Below are positions 31,582 to 42,256 of a stretch of DNA of 64,000 nt, piece after piece. The translations under genes and the position numbers were made by a program. The stretch comes from Candidatus Latescibacterota bacterium (GTDB lineage Bacteria > Latescibacterota > UBA2968 > SICM01). The notes below the pieces were generated by a model. It made no database searches. It was not told where the DNA came from and worked only from the letters and a program-made list of their open reading frames with translations. Positions within the stretch are counted from its first letter, which is position 1. Each line of letters starts with the position of its first letter. The stretch lies in assembly GCA_965217865.1 (NCBI GenBank), contig CBDCJO010000002.1, forward strand, positions 1 through 64,000. Reading direction: 5' to 3'.

Positions 31582-31686
31582 GGTAGTGTCTCAGTTTGAA
31601 TTGCGGGGAGCGTAAGTTTTTGGACGGTTCGGCTTTGATGCTCTTGCGTCGATCAATCCTACAATCCACTTCATATCGCGAAGGGT
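31582..31686 (-). mobile_element. IS1-family C-terminus/right-end remnant, copy 2
   Basis: TLRDMKWIVGLIDARASKPNRPKTYAPRNSN* followed by gacactacc. Confidence 0.55.
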
Positions 31687-31767
31687 TCCGCGATCATAGG
31701 GCCACGGAGCCCTCTAAAACACGAGTCATAAAGTGCCTTAATGCAGCCCAGGAATGCCGGATTGAGG

Positions 31768-32070
31768 TTAGAAATCAAACCGGAACCCGGAGATCAATGC
31801 GACTTCATCGCCAGGCTGCGGAACCTTTGTTGATTTCCTGAAAAATTCTACGAAAGCCATAAAATGCCCGGAAAACCTGTGATCTCCTCCGAAGATAACA
31901 TAGACCTCATCGAGGTCGGAATTGTCACCGTCTCGTTTAAATGTCACGGCGAGTCTTACGCTGTTCAGAGGTGTGAGATCCAGGTCCCCGGCTAAGCCCA
32001 CGAGTGTGTCCTCGCTGTTATCCGTGTTCTCGATTCTCTGATAGACCCCGGCCAGATTCAGCGATCGAAA
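31768..32070 (-). pseudogene. porin C-terminal fragment
   Basis: Amphipathic beta strands ending in GFRFDF. Confidence 0.5.
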
Positions 32071-32159
32071 TCGATAATGGGAACCAAAGAAAGGCCTCAG
32101 GACCGACGATCGTGAGGGGCGACTCCAGAAATGATTGAAAAAATCGCAAGTTTCGTGCG

Positions 32160-32390
32160 GGAGGCGTTGAGGGATCTGCCCGGACACGACGATCGGCCCC
32201 GCTGCCGGGCACTCCGGCAGACGTAATACCGATAGCGCTTTCCGTTCCTGCCGGTACAGACGTGCGCCATGTCCGTCCCGCACGGCGTGCAGCAAAGCAG
32301 CCCCTTCAACAATGCCCCATACCGGTTGCGCACGTCCCTTCCGCCGATGCGGCCGTTCCTGCGGAGCGCGTCTTGGACTATGTGTCCACG
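32160..32390 (-). pseudogene. large serine recombinase zinc-ribbon fragment, copy 2
   Basis: GALLKGLLCCTPCG..RYRYYVC..CPGRSLNA, paralogous to 8060-8547. Confidence 0.8.
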
Positions 32391-32832
32391 GCCCTTTTTG
32401 AACGGCTATCGCTGCAGAAAGCGGCTTAAACCACTGTCCACTTTTCCCGGGTCATATCACAACCTGGCTTCGCCAGGTTCACACACGCCTGAGCGTTATG
32501 CGCAAGTGCACATCCAAACGAAGGCTTCGCATAAACGAGATTCTGCTTTGACATGATTCACATCCACCGAAGATTCGTTCTGCAGCTTGAAGGATTTGTC
32601 ATGGTTGCGGTAGGATTCGCACCAAGGATTTGCGCAGCGATAGAAAGGATCCTAGAATCCGCAGCTATACCTTTGAAGGGAGATAAAGGAATTGTCGTAA
32701 AATCTGTTCCCTGGGACCGAGAATCACAATGCATCTTCCTCCTGGCTTCAGAAGCGAGGAGGAAGCACCAAGCTCTATGGCGACGAACGGCACAGTCAAA
32801 AAGGGTAACATTCCATTATTCTTCTCAACGTG

Positions 32833-33621
32833 CTATGTCATCTCTTTCTTGGTCCTGAAGGTAAGAACGGAATTGTAATGCTTAGTGATAACCCCTCCAT
32901 ACTGACTATCGATCAGCCCTCTTATCCCATCAAATAGAGATTTACGTCTTTCGTCTTGTAATGGAATATGATCCGAGTATGTATTCAGCAGCTTCACATA
33001 CTCCTCAGAGGAGTAGTTCTGACTCCATGGGTAAGAACGTACAAGTGGTTCGCTGAAGTATTCGACTCCAGGCTCCAGAGCGGGTGGATCAGACCTCGTT
33101 AAAGAGGGGTGATGCGAATCTGTATGTAACTCAGGCGCGTGTTCTTTGTATATTTTCTGTACTTTAAGAAAGAAGCCTTCGGTATGCCTAACGTGTTGGT
33201 TGGAAAAAATAGCAATAGCACCTTCGGTTCTGAGTACCTCTGCAGCTTTGATGTATCTAACCTGCCGATTTATCCAACGAAATGCCGTTCCGCAAATAAG
33301 TAGATCGAATGGATACTCATGTTTCCAATCTTCAAATCGACACAACTCGAATCTTACATTTTGGAATTGGCGTAATCTCTTCTTCGCGATTTCGATTAAA
33401 TCTGGCCCAACGTCTAAGCAGATCATTTCATATCCGTGTTCGGCGAATGGTTGCGTCGCTTGGCCGGTCCCGCATCCTACTTCGAGAATTCTACCTCCGC
33501 CGCCTATACGTGACAGAGCTATAACGTCTCTAATAAGGCCATCTGGGTATCCGGGCCGAATCTCCGCGTAGAGTGAAGCTACGCGGTTGAACGTGTCTTG
33601 TAAATCGTCGATTTGCATCAA
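32833..33621 (-). CDS. class I SAM-dependent methyltransferase
   Basis: YAEIRPGYP, ILEVGCGTG, FDL..AFRW, LNTYSDH. Confidence 0.9.
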   Translation of the reverse strand: MMQIDDLQDTFNRVASLYAEIRPGYPDGLIRDVIALSRIGGGGRILEVGCGTGQATQPFAEHGYEMICLDVGPDLIEIAKKRLRQFQNVRFELCRFEDWKHEYPFDLLICGTAFRWINRQVRYIKAAEVLRTEGAIAIFSNQHVRHTEGFFLKVQKIYKEHAPELHTDSHHPSLTRSDPPALEPGVEYFSEPLVRSYPWSQNYSSEEYVKLLNTYSDHIPLQDERRKSLFDGIRGLIDSQYGGVITKHYNSVLTFRTKKEMT

Positions 33622-34014
33622 CCTCTCTTTTTCCTTGATTTTTAGGGATCAATCACAAGTCCTAGTTCCTAGTACCAACCTGCGGAAATTCGCGTAATCT
33701 GATTTCCTAGCAACAGGGGTAGACGCCCTCGAAGTCCGTCGGCAGGTTGACCAGCACCCGGCGTAGCTTGGCGAGGGGGGGCTTGGCGCAGCCTCCGACC
33801 TTTCAGGTCTTTCGCCGGGAACAGGTGGTTCACGCTTCGACTTCGCGCCGGCGCAACATTCTTTGAGGTATGAAAAACTCCTTTCAGGGTCCGGCTGATT
33901 TGCCCTACGCTTGCGCAACTCTGCCTCCCCCCGGCCGCCGCGGCAAACTGGCCCCGGAGTTGCCCCCCAATGTATGAAGGGGGCGAAAAGGAACCGCACA
34001 GGCTGCACGGCTGG

Positions 34015-34287
34015 TCAGTCTTGACCGTCGACCTGCTCGACAAGGCTCTTCATCCCACGAATGAGCGCAGCCACTTCCCGCCGCTCGGCGATCGCCGCGG
34101 CGGTGAAAAGACCGTGTTTGAAGGCGTTCGTGTTACCGACCGGTGCGCCGGGCGATGTTCCCCCATGCATCCGGCAACGGCCATTCGTCATCGCGGGTGA
34201 TCGGCACGGCATCCCGCTTCTCGTCCTGGCACCGCATCGCGGGCTCCGGTGCATGGGCAATCTACTTTGCACGGGGTTGTTCCTCAA
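34015..34287 (-). CDS. HGGxSTG domain protein (phage/element-associated)
   Basis: RCGARTRSG.PC..P..NGRCRMHGG.SPGAP.GN.NA.KHG. Confidence 0.85.
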   Translation of the reverse strand: MRNNPVQSRLPMHRSPRCGARTRSGMPCRSPAMTNGRCRMHGGTSPGAPVGNTNAFKHGLFTAAAIAERREVAALIRGMKSLVEQVDGQD

Positions 34288-34325
34288 ATTTCGACCGAAT
34301 CCCCTCTCCCCCTCCCCCGGAATGC

Positions 34326-34390
34326 AGTAATATAGCCGTTTGGCCGGAAGCTGTCAACCAGGGAGGCTTCAGATCCGAGCGATCAGAAGC
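34326..34390. repeat. 65-bp repeat, second copy at 62095-62159
   Basis: agtaatatagccgtttggccggaagctgtcaa..cagaagc, near-identical in both places. Confidence 0.85.
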
Positions 34391-34626
34391 GGTCGCGACC
34401 CGTTGGATGACGGCCAGGTTCGAGACATTGAGCTTCGCCCCGGCCTTTTCAGGATCTCCAAAAACTCCAGAAATCGCCCCGACTTCGCCGTCACGCCGAC
34501 CTGAAGCCAGTGACAAAAAGTCGACTGATTCCCGCACCCTCCAGGCGTCCATGTTCCACAACTTTCTCAAATACAAGAGGTTTCTCTCTCTGGCGTGAGG
34601 GTGAGCGGTTAGGAAAAGGGTGCAGT

Positions 34627-34996
34627 TGGGGAGCCAGATTCCCATCCGCCAACTTCGGCGGTCGTCCGTTAACGCAAGACCCCGTGGGGCAACCCCTTCG
34701 GGGTCTTGTCGTTTCTGTCGTATTCACAAACACTTGTGCCACCTCCTTCCCCTCTCTGCCGATTCTCTGTTTCGAAGCGTTTCCCCCTGTGTCCGACCAC
34801 AACCGTGGGGTTGCGTCCGCTGAGCAGAGATATCTCCTCCGGATTCTCTGATTCTCTGTTTTTCCCGTCGGCCTTATTTAACAGCCCGGTTCGACGTTTG
34901 GGAAGATCTTCCGATACGTATTCACTGGAAGCCGGATCCGGTGGGTCCGGTCACCAGCTTACGGCAGTTCACCGGACAGCGGAAGCGGCCGTGCGC
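34627..34996 (+). repeat. long structured non-coding element, copy B
   Basis: Aligns to 7607-7986 and 62586-62914. Confidence 0.9.
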
Positions 34997-34999
34997 GGG

Positions 35000-35430
35000 C
35001 AAGCCGGCACCTGTGCCCACATAGGGCCTCCAGGCGAGTCGTTCTCGAAATCATAGTATGCGTTCACGAAGAACTGGTGGGCGCGGAAACCGGAAATTCT
35101 CTCCGAGGGCGGTTCTTCCGGACTCCACTCGCCGGACTTGCCTGCCAGCACTTCATTCCCCCCGCCCGCCGCGCGGAGGGGCGAAACGTCGTCCCCCTGG
35201 TAGCGGCTCAGGTGTTCGACCTCGAAGCGCAGCCTGCCCAAGTCGTAGCCTGCACTGAGGCCGCCCGAGAACCCGGCTCCCGGGTCGAAGCCGTTGGAGC
35301 TCATTCCCGGGGTATCGTCGCTGCATTCCGCCGCGCCGGTCGGAGCCATGCCCGGATCGGAATAGAGCAGCACGTCGCACTTCGTCGGATGATTGACATA
35401 GAAGACGGAGGACTCCACGGTCGCGGCGGT
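35000..35430 (-). pseudogene. opacity/porin-type beta-barrel internal fragment
   Basis: GLSAGYDLGRLRFEVE..FFVNAYYDF; no start, truncated by repeats on both sides. Confidence 0.7.
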
Positions 35431-35546
35431 CGCCAAGCTCGAACGCAGCTTCGTCGAGGAGCGACGCTGAACCGGTTGCGTGAAACTCACAAGGACCTCT
35501 TCCACTGATTTGTTATATGCTCTTCATACCCTTGGCCAGGGGCATC

Positions 35547-35780
35547 GATGTTTCGGAACGTCCTTCGGTACGTATTCACTGGAAGCCGGACCCGATGGGT
35601 CCGGTCACCGGCCTACGGCATCTCACCGGACAGCGGAAGCGGCCGTGCGCCCGGAGCCTGGAATCGTAGCCGGCACAGCCCCCAGAAACACATAGCGGAC
35701 TTTGAAACGGATTCATTGGCCACACGGGATTCAAGAGTTGACCGGATACGCCAATTCTCATATATTTTCCGCAGTGTTTG
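35547..35780 (+). repeat. long non-coding element, 3' copy D with sigma70-like promoter
   Basis: Matches 43741-43945; TTGACC-17nt-TATATT at 35738-35766. Confidence 0.85.
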
Positions 35781-35886
35781 TCTGCCCAGGGCAACCTGAA
35801 TCTCAGTTTCCAGAGAACATTTTGTAAAAACAAGTCACTTACCCATCCCAAAAGGTCAATTCTGATTTATCTTGGACAGCAGTGGT
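35780..35886 (-). mobile_element. IS end remnant, inverted relative to 20216-20322
   Basis: Direct sequence homology. Confidence 0.6.
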
Positions 35887-36228
35887 GTTTCATCTTGATT
35901 TCGAGCACCAGTGGGGAGTAGCGGTCATCCGGCCAGCGGATCTGTCCAATCCACGAGACAGGCTCGATACAAACCCTGCAAAGAAGGAAGGAAGAAAAGC
36001 GTGAGTGAACATTCAGGCTGTCCAATCTGGAGCACACCAGCATCCATCGAACCGCGAACAGGCCACGGGGTGACTGTAGATTCTCCGCGCGCCAGGGGTC
36101 GATATTTCATTGCTGACACGGCAACAGAAATACTGAAAAGCCATGATGAAAATCTAAAAGCTCGGCTGATATCATGCTCACCGCGATGCTGTCTTGCCAG
36201 AGCATAAGGTCGTCAATGCAGAGGGACT

Positions 36229-36864
36229 ATGAGGACTTTCGAAGATCCAAATAAACTGAAAGAGTACGTTATAAATCTGGTTGGAAAAAATGAACTCGGT
36301 CTGATTTCCGTGGACGGAATAGATGGAAGTGGAAAATCGACACTCGCATTATGCATGGTTCAGGACACGGATTTCTGTCATATAGATCTTGATGATGATA
36401 AATACCGTATTGCAAAAACAGGCAAATTCGTAGATTCCGTTAGATGTCCGATACTAAAGGAGAAAGTATCCAGACGTCTTAGCGAAAATCGTACGACATT
36501 TGTCAATGGTGTCTGCGTGCAAAAAGTGTTAGAGAAAACCAATCTGATCCCAGATATGAGAATATACGTGAAGAAGTCATCAGATTGGATCAATGGAGAT
36601 AAATTCGACTATTCAAGAGATGTTGAAGAAGTAATAAGGGAGCACCATGATAAGTCAATGGAGGACTCTCAGAAATTCGAAGCAGTTGAAGCCCGTGTAG
36701 AGGGTAAGGAAGTGAGGCCAAGGCCAAAGGAAGGAAGGCCAAACCAAGTAACTGAGTCGCTTTGCCATGAAATAATACGGTACCACTATGAATATCAGCC
36801 AGATAAAAACGCCGAGATTCTCTTCGAGAGGAACGACAGATCGCACCACCAGTTGAACTGGTAG
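36229..36864 (+). CDS. P-loop nucleoside/nucleotide kinase-like protein
   Basis: ISVDGIDGSGKSTLA; YHYEYQPDKNAEILF. Confidence 0.7.
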   Translation: MRTFEDPNKLKEYVINLVGKNELGLISVDGIDGSGKSTLALCMVQDTDFCHIDLDDDKYRIAKTGKFVDSVRCPILKEKVSRRLSENRTTFVNGVCVQKVLEKTNLIPDMRIYVKKSSDWINGDKFDYSRDVEEVIREHHDKSMEDSQKFEAVEARVEGKEVRPRPKEGRPNQVTESLCHEIIRYHYEYQPDKNAEILFERNDRSHHQLNW

Positions 36865-36987
36865 CCGTTGCGTGAAACTCACAGGACCTCCGGTTCACAC
36901 CATCCATTTTGCAGGACGCTTAGTCAGGACTTGACCTTCGGCAAGCGGCGAGATGTGGCGTCTTAATTCTGGTTAAATTCGGCCCTG

Positions 36988-37023
36988 CTGCAATAATCTG
37001 TGATGCCGAAAGGCGTTGAGCAC
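36988..37023 (+). CRISPR. solitary 36-nt CRISPR repeat (type I-B/Myxan-like family)
   Basis: CTGCAATAATCTGTGATGCCGAAAGGCGTTGAGCAC; 3' part matches the GATGCCGAAAGGCGTTGAGCAC repeat family; no array. Confidence 0.6.
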
Positions 37024-37339
37024 ACGTTTGGCACGTCATTGTGCATCTATTCTGAGATAACAAGAAAGGTAGATATAGGTCCAAGCAAGATTCAGGCAGC
37101 CTTTCTGATGGTCTAGGATGTTCTTTGCCGATTGATTTCTATGCGGCGCTGCCGAGCCTCCTCCTTTCGATCTTGTCGGTGGTGAAGAATCTTTTGATGC
37201 TGGCCTTTATGCCTCTATCGATTTGGCCTTCATCTGAGATCCGTGATCTGAGAGGGCTGTCAAGCTTATGGGCCCAGTATCCAGGTCCAGCAGTCCTTCG
37301 TTGGCAAGGGCTTGAGATTGCGAATCAGGAGGGAAGTCG

Positions 37340-37648
37340 ATGATTCCTGCCGTCACAGAGCATTCCGATGAATTGGAGCGTATCTGCCTCCGTTACAGTG
37401 TGCAGCGACTTGACCTGTTCGGCTCGGCTGCAACCGGCGAACACCATCTGGAGGGGAGTGATCTGGACTTCGTGGTCGAGTTTCAGCCGACGGCTTTCGC
37501 ATCTTATGCGGACGCCTACTTCGGTCTACTGGAGTCCCTGGAGCAGCTTTTCGAAAAGCCTGTGGACTTGGTGGTCGGGTCGGCCATCAGGAATCCTTTC
37601 TTCTTGCAGTCCGTCGAGGACACGAGGGTCCCGATCTATGAGGCTTGA
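37340..37648 (+). CDS. minimal nucleotidyltransferase (MNT) antitoxin
   Basis: LFGSAATGE..SDLDFVVEF..VDLV..IRNPFF. Confidence 0.9.
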   Translation: MIPAVTEHSDELERICLRYSVQRLDLFGSAATGEHHLEGSDLDFVVEFQPTAFASYADAYFGLLESLEQLFEKPVDLVVGSAIRNPFFLQSVEDTRVPIYEA

Positions 37649-37979
37649 GACCAAAAAATATCTGTATGACATGCAACGTGCCGCCGCTTTACTGAGAGAG
37701 TTCACCAGCAACAAGACTTTTGCGGATTATGAACGCGACGCCATGTTGCGGGCTGCGGTGGAGCGAGAGTTCGAAGTCATTGGCGAGGCCATGACACGAC
37801 TTGCCAGAGTCGACGAAGCGGTGGCGGCCCGTATCGACGGATATCAACGCATTATCGCCTTCCGCAATGTCCTGATTCACGGATACGCCGAGGTGGACAA
37901 CCACCTGGTGTGGGACGTGGTTGAGACCCGTCTCCCAACCCTCGACCGCGAGATCGATGCACTTCTGGAGGATGGATGA
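37638..37979 (+). CDS. HEPN/DUF86 RNase toxin
   Basis: ATG at 37638; AVEREFEVIGEA, RNVLIHGY (Rx4H). Confidence 0.9.
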   Translation: MRLETKKYLYDMQRAAALLREFTSNKTFADYERDAMLRAAVEREFEVIGEAMTRLARVDEAVAARIDGYQRIIAFRNVLIHGYAEVDNHLVWDVVETRLPTLDREIDALLEDG

Positions 37980-38029
37980 GTGGAGTCCACCGAGCGTTGA
38001 TAGCTTGGCCGTGTTGCACGGACATCTTC

Positions 38030-38325
38030 CTCCGCACGCCCAAGGTCTCAGGTCGCATCGGGCCCTGGCCCCTCCCGAACAGCAGGCTGTCTTGGATCTG
38101 TTGCACTGCGAACGGTTTATGGATAAAGCCCCTCCTCAGGTCTGGGCCGAGTTGCTGGATGAAGGCCTGTATTTCTGCTCACTCAGCACGATGTATCGCA
38201 TCCTGAAGGCACACGAGGAAGTCCGGGAACGCCGAAACCAGCTCAGACATCCGAACCATCCAGCGCCTCGCCTGGTGGCAACGGCGCCTAACCAGGTGTG
38301 GTCTTGGGATATCACGAAGCTGCTG
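38030..38325 (+). mobile_element. IS3-family transposase internal fragment
   Basis: LLDEGLYFCSLSTMYRIL..ATAPNQVWSWDITKL. Confidence 0.85.
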
Positions 38326-38706
38326 GACCGGGATATAGTTCTCGTACTGGCGACTGGCCTCTCTTCCTCTTGGTGCTATTGGGAAGAGTTACGCGGCGAT
38401 AAGGAATCCTTTAGCAGACTGTTCGCAATGTGGACCTCATGATCGGTGGAGCGTGGATTCTGACATGGGATCAATTTATAAAGAAGGCGATAGTTACGCC
38501 GTCCCCGGCCCACTGCTTCGGTGAAACGAAACAGATCCCGCTGGTTCGTCCCCAGCTCCGCGCATGGTGGAGCGGATGGAAGGGAAGATTCGGGCGGCCA
38601 TCGGGCGGGTGTGTGTGGAGAGATGGCGAAATCAAAGGCGGTTGATGATTCAAAACCGAATTTTATAACAGTCAATAGGTAAAACTGTTTATGGATCACA
38701 GTCAAA

Positions 38707-39420
38707 CTAGACCTAAAATAAGCGAATAGTCTTGTTGAGCGGTGTGTTATACAAGATTTCGGAGCATTTCAGACTTGTGACTTGGTGGAGATGATGTCTG
38801 GGCTGTTTTTGTGATTGTTTCGGCATGCGATTGTCTAATTAACTGAGTTTGCGGACGTGTTTTAGCCGGGGTGGACGGACTTGTCCCTGTGATGTTACGA
38901 CGACAGGTGCTGACATGGCAGTCAGGCCGGTTTGAGCCATCTGATTCTGTTCCAGGCCGGGAAGAAGTCAGTCATCCACCGGTTGTAGCCCAAGACACGA
39001 TAGATGATCTGTCTTCCCCGGGTCACGATCTGGCAGGGGATCCAGATCAGATTCTGGAGGAAGGCGCGAAACTCCATTCTCAGAAGTTGATCGCGACGCT
39101 CACGCTTTCGGATCATCAACGCGAACCAGGCTTTGAGGTTCCACGCCAGGGCGGTCATGACCATGTAAGCCCAGTTGCTCATCAGGTTGTCGACGGGCAT
39201 CCGCATGGCGTTGACCCCGTTCTTGAGTTGTTCAATCACGTTTTCCTGATCGCACCGTCGATTGGCCAGCCTCACGATTTCCGCGGCCGTAAGATCTTTT
39301 CGGGTGGTAATGTAGAAGAAATAGCGCTTGTCATCGAACAGGGCGTTTTCGCCGCGTTCGACGCTCAGGTTCTTTTCGAGGATCACGAGTCGATAGGTCT
39401 TCTTGCATCGAGCAGGACGA
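38707..39420 (-). mobile_element. IS1380 3' fragment with right end, inverted near-identical copy of ~22450-23162
   Basis: Near-identical DNA and C-terminal peptide. Confidence 0.92.
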
Positions 39421-39566
39421 TGGCTGCACCGATGGCGGTGTGGGCCTCTTTTCATGTGGGGGGTGATGGGCCTGCCAGCTTCGGAACGAAGTTCAGTTTC
39501 AACTATGGTGGCGGGTTGAAGGTGGCGTTGATCGAACCCGCGGTGAGCACGTGGAGGAGCCGGAAA

Positions 39567-39946
39567 TGAATACACCCGTGGAAGATCTCGATCCGATGCC
39601 CGACGTGTCCGCTCGGGACTGGCGGTACTGGAGGACGCCCGTGCTGTTCGGGGCGGGATTCTGCGCCCTCCAAGTCGCCCTCTTCGTAGTACGGTTCGGC
39701 TTCATGGATGCAAGCACGGCTGGTCCCGTCGCTTGGGTCCCGGTCCTTTTTGGCCTCGTCTTGTTCTTCGCAGGTGGCTTGTTGGCCGGGTTGCTCGCTC
39801 AGCGGCTGGTGCGAGGATGCCACGGTGCGTGGCGGACCTTCCTGCTTGTGGCGATTGCCATAGCCACTCCCTTCGCCGTCGTGTTGGTCGGGATTCCCGT
39901 ACTGATCCGCAAGGTATGGTTGTGGCGAAAACACAAAGGGACTTAG
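39567..39946 (+). CDS. small membrane protein
   Basis: RBS GGAGG; three hydrophobic helices. Confidence 0.5.
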
Positions 39947-39974
39947 GGATTACTGGGGCGGCAAAGCGGCTTTG

Positions 39975-40140
39975 ACAAGAGCAAGCTGGCTGAGTATTCC
40001 CAGGTGCCATCGGTGGGATCGAACAGATCCAATTGGTAGTTCTTGCAAGTTTTGTGGAACACCCGCTTGCGCTTGAAAAAGTCCCCATCCATTCGGAAGC
40101 GCAGTTGGTATTGCTTCCCAAGGGTCTCCACCCGGCGCTG
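39975..40140 (-). mobile_element. second IS1380-like transposase internal fragment
   Basis: FRMDGDFF..KNYQLDLFDP.DG.WEYSA. Confidence 0.55.
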
Positions 40141-40171
40141 GAAGTGGGCATAGCCTTTTGGGGATCTTGAA

Positions 40172-41104
40172 ATGCAATTGGCACGCCGCGTAAGACAATG
40201 GCATGTTCGTCGCCTCTACAACCTATCGAAACTGGGAATCTACGACGACGAACTCTTGCTGGAAGTTGGTTGGGGATTATTCGCTCGCTGCGAGGATATC
40301 TTAACGGTCGTACGTGCGGTTGAAGGAGAAGTACCTTGCCCCCAGTGTGGCGAGATCGTCTATCGGGCTAAATATTATCGGACTCTAAAATGGAAAGAAA
40401 GTCGTTCCGCTATGCCTAGATTTTCCTGTCCACAATGTAGCCAACTTCTCACCTGGCTTGATTGTAGAGAAGCGCTTCGTGAACGCCCTAGATGCTTCAA
40501 GTGTCTTGTTTCATTGGATTGGAACAATGTGGAAGATATGCTTTCTTGTAGATCCTGTGAGAAGACGTGGTCCTGGAAGCAGTATCGGGAATCCATTAAG
40601 AATCGTGTCCGTTTACCTTGTGTACATTGTGGAGAGGTCGTAGCTCGCCCTGCCCAACCCAGACGACGAAGGCGGTGGATCGAGAGTCGAAATGAAACCT
40701 CATCCTCTTTGGAAGAGCTCCCTTGTCCAAGTTGCGGAGAACCTGGCGTTCACATAGGTGGAAAGTTCCAATGTTCAGAGTGTCGAATTGAGAAACCTTG
40801 GTCAACATATCGAGAACGCCTCAAACAACGCGCCGAGCATCTCAATTGTGAAGCCTGTGGCTATAAATTCACTTGGAAATCGTGGCGTCGGCAATATCAA
40901 GGACAATTTCTTCTAACAGGAAACCCTGTGCCCGTTCAGGAATTTCTCCAAAACTGGCCGAGATGTCTAACGTCTCAGGACCAACTCATACAAATCGACA
41001 TATTGCTTTATGCCTTACATGGAGCAGGGGTATTAGCCCCTCTATTTATCGAAGGGAATGAAAAAACTGTAAAAGTATTGCTGGATGAGTTGGCTCTAGT
41101 GTGA
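40172..41104 (+). CDS. multi-zinc-ribbon hypothetical protein (8 CxxC)
   Basis: CPQC x2, CFKC, CRSC, CVHC, CPSC, CSEC, CEAC; the start may be slightly truncated. Confidence 0.75.
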   Translation: MQLARRVRQWHVRRLYNLSKLGIYDDELLLEVGWGLFARCEDILTVVRAVEGEVPCPQCGEIVYRAKYYRTLKWKESRSAMPRFSCPQCSQLLTWLDCREALRERPRCFKCLVSLDWNNVEDMLSCRSCEKTWSWKQYRESIKNRVRLPCVHCGEVVARPAQPRRRRRWIESRNETSSSLEELPCPSCGEPGVHIGGKFQCSECRIEKPWSTYRERLKQRAEHLNCEACGYKFTWKSWRRQYQGQFLLTGNPVPVQEFLQNWPRCLTSQDQLIQIDILLYALHGAGVLAPLFIEGNEKTVKVLLDELALV

Positions 41105-41499
41105 GTCAGTAATTTTCGGGTTAAGGTTTTGCGGAGAGGAGAAAGCGCGTTCCCAGAAGGGTTAATTAAAGGCAATTTTCACGAAAGATTAGCTGTATAA
41201 TTAAGCATCTACGTGAACAGCTTTGAGATAGTAGTTGACGGATATCGATCGGCGGTTTTTCATCTTCAGATAGCCGTCGGTGTGGACGTTCGAAAAGCCT
41301 GGCGCAAACTCATCGAGCACGGTGCGGTTGAAGCGTTCGACGAAGCGAGTGGTTTGAGGACGTCTGACATTGGTTTTCTTGTGCTGAATGCCATTGAGGG
41401 CCAGGTAGAGCTCGTAAGGGTGAGAATCCGAAACGGGGAAAAACTACTCGGAGTTGATTCGAAGTGGCAGTTGTGTCAGTTGTTTTGCCAACGAAAATA

Positions 41500-41685
41500 T
41501 GGAGTTACCCCGTTTTGGTGGACGGTTTAGGATTTGGGGTTCAAAGCCCTTCTTTCGTAGTGATCGGTGAAAGATAATCTATCGCAGAGTGTCGACGATG
41601 GGGGTTATAACACCCCTCGATATACGTGAAGATCTCCAGTTTGGCTTCTTTGTGTGTGCCGAAGGAACGTCTGTCGAGGAGCTTG
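41500..41685 (-). mobile_element. IS3 C-terminal remnant with right end
   Basis: EAKLEIFTYIEGCYNPHRRHSAIDYLSP; end tggagttaccccg as at 20343. Confidence 0.75.
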
Positions 41686-42256
41686 ACGAACGTTATTGGT
41701 ATTGGCATCCCACTGATATCCTGGTGACCGCAAGGTGACCGGCAATGCCGCGGACAGGCAGCACCCTACCTTTCCCTTCGCCGCCTTTCTCTGATGCGCT
41801 TCAGTGTGTCAAGTATGGGTGGATCCTGTACGTCATTTGGAATCAATACGTTATCGTCTTCGTGGATCGCGGAAACGTCAGGATCGTGCTCTTCGAGTTG
41901 CCATGCCGGCCTGATGACGATGCCGTGTTTAAGAATTCTCAAGTCAGGATCCAGTGCTGGGATGCCGCCTTCCATCAGCGCGGGCATGATCGAGTAGTGC
42001 TTGGTCACGTTGTAGCTCTCTAGGAATCGGTCGAGGTTTTCGGAGGTGGTTGGCGCTATGTGGTGTATGGCGTGCTGCTCGCAACCATCTGGTCGGACGT
42101 TCCGGTGATGAGGGACTTGACCATCAGTGCCACGCCAAGGCAAGTGCAGGTCGGTAGGACGTTCTCGTTCTGATCAGAACCTAACAAACGTTCGATACTG
42201 GCTCGTGCTCATCCACGAGCCGGCACACGCCTCAATGACGCAGATCGGAGGTTGAA

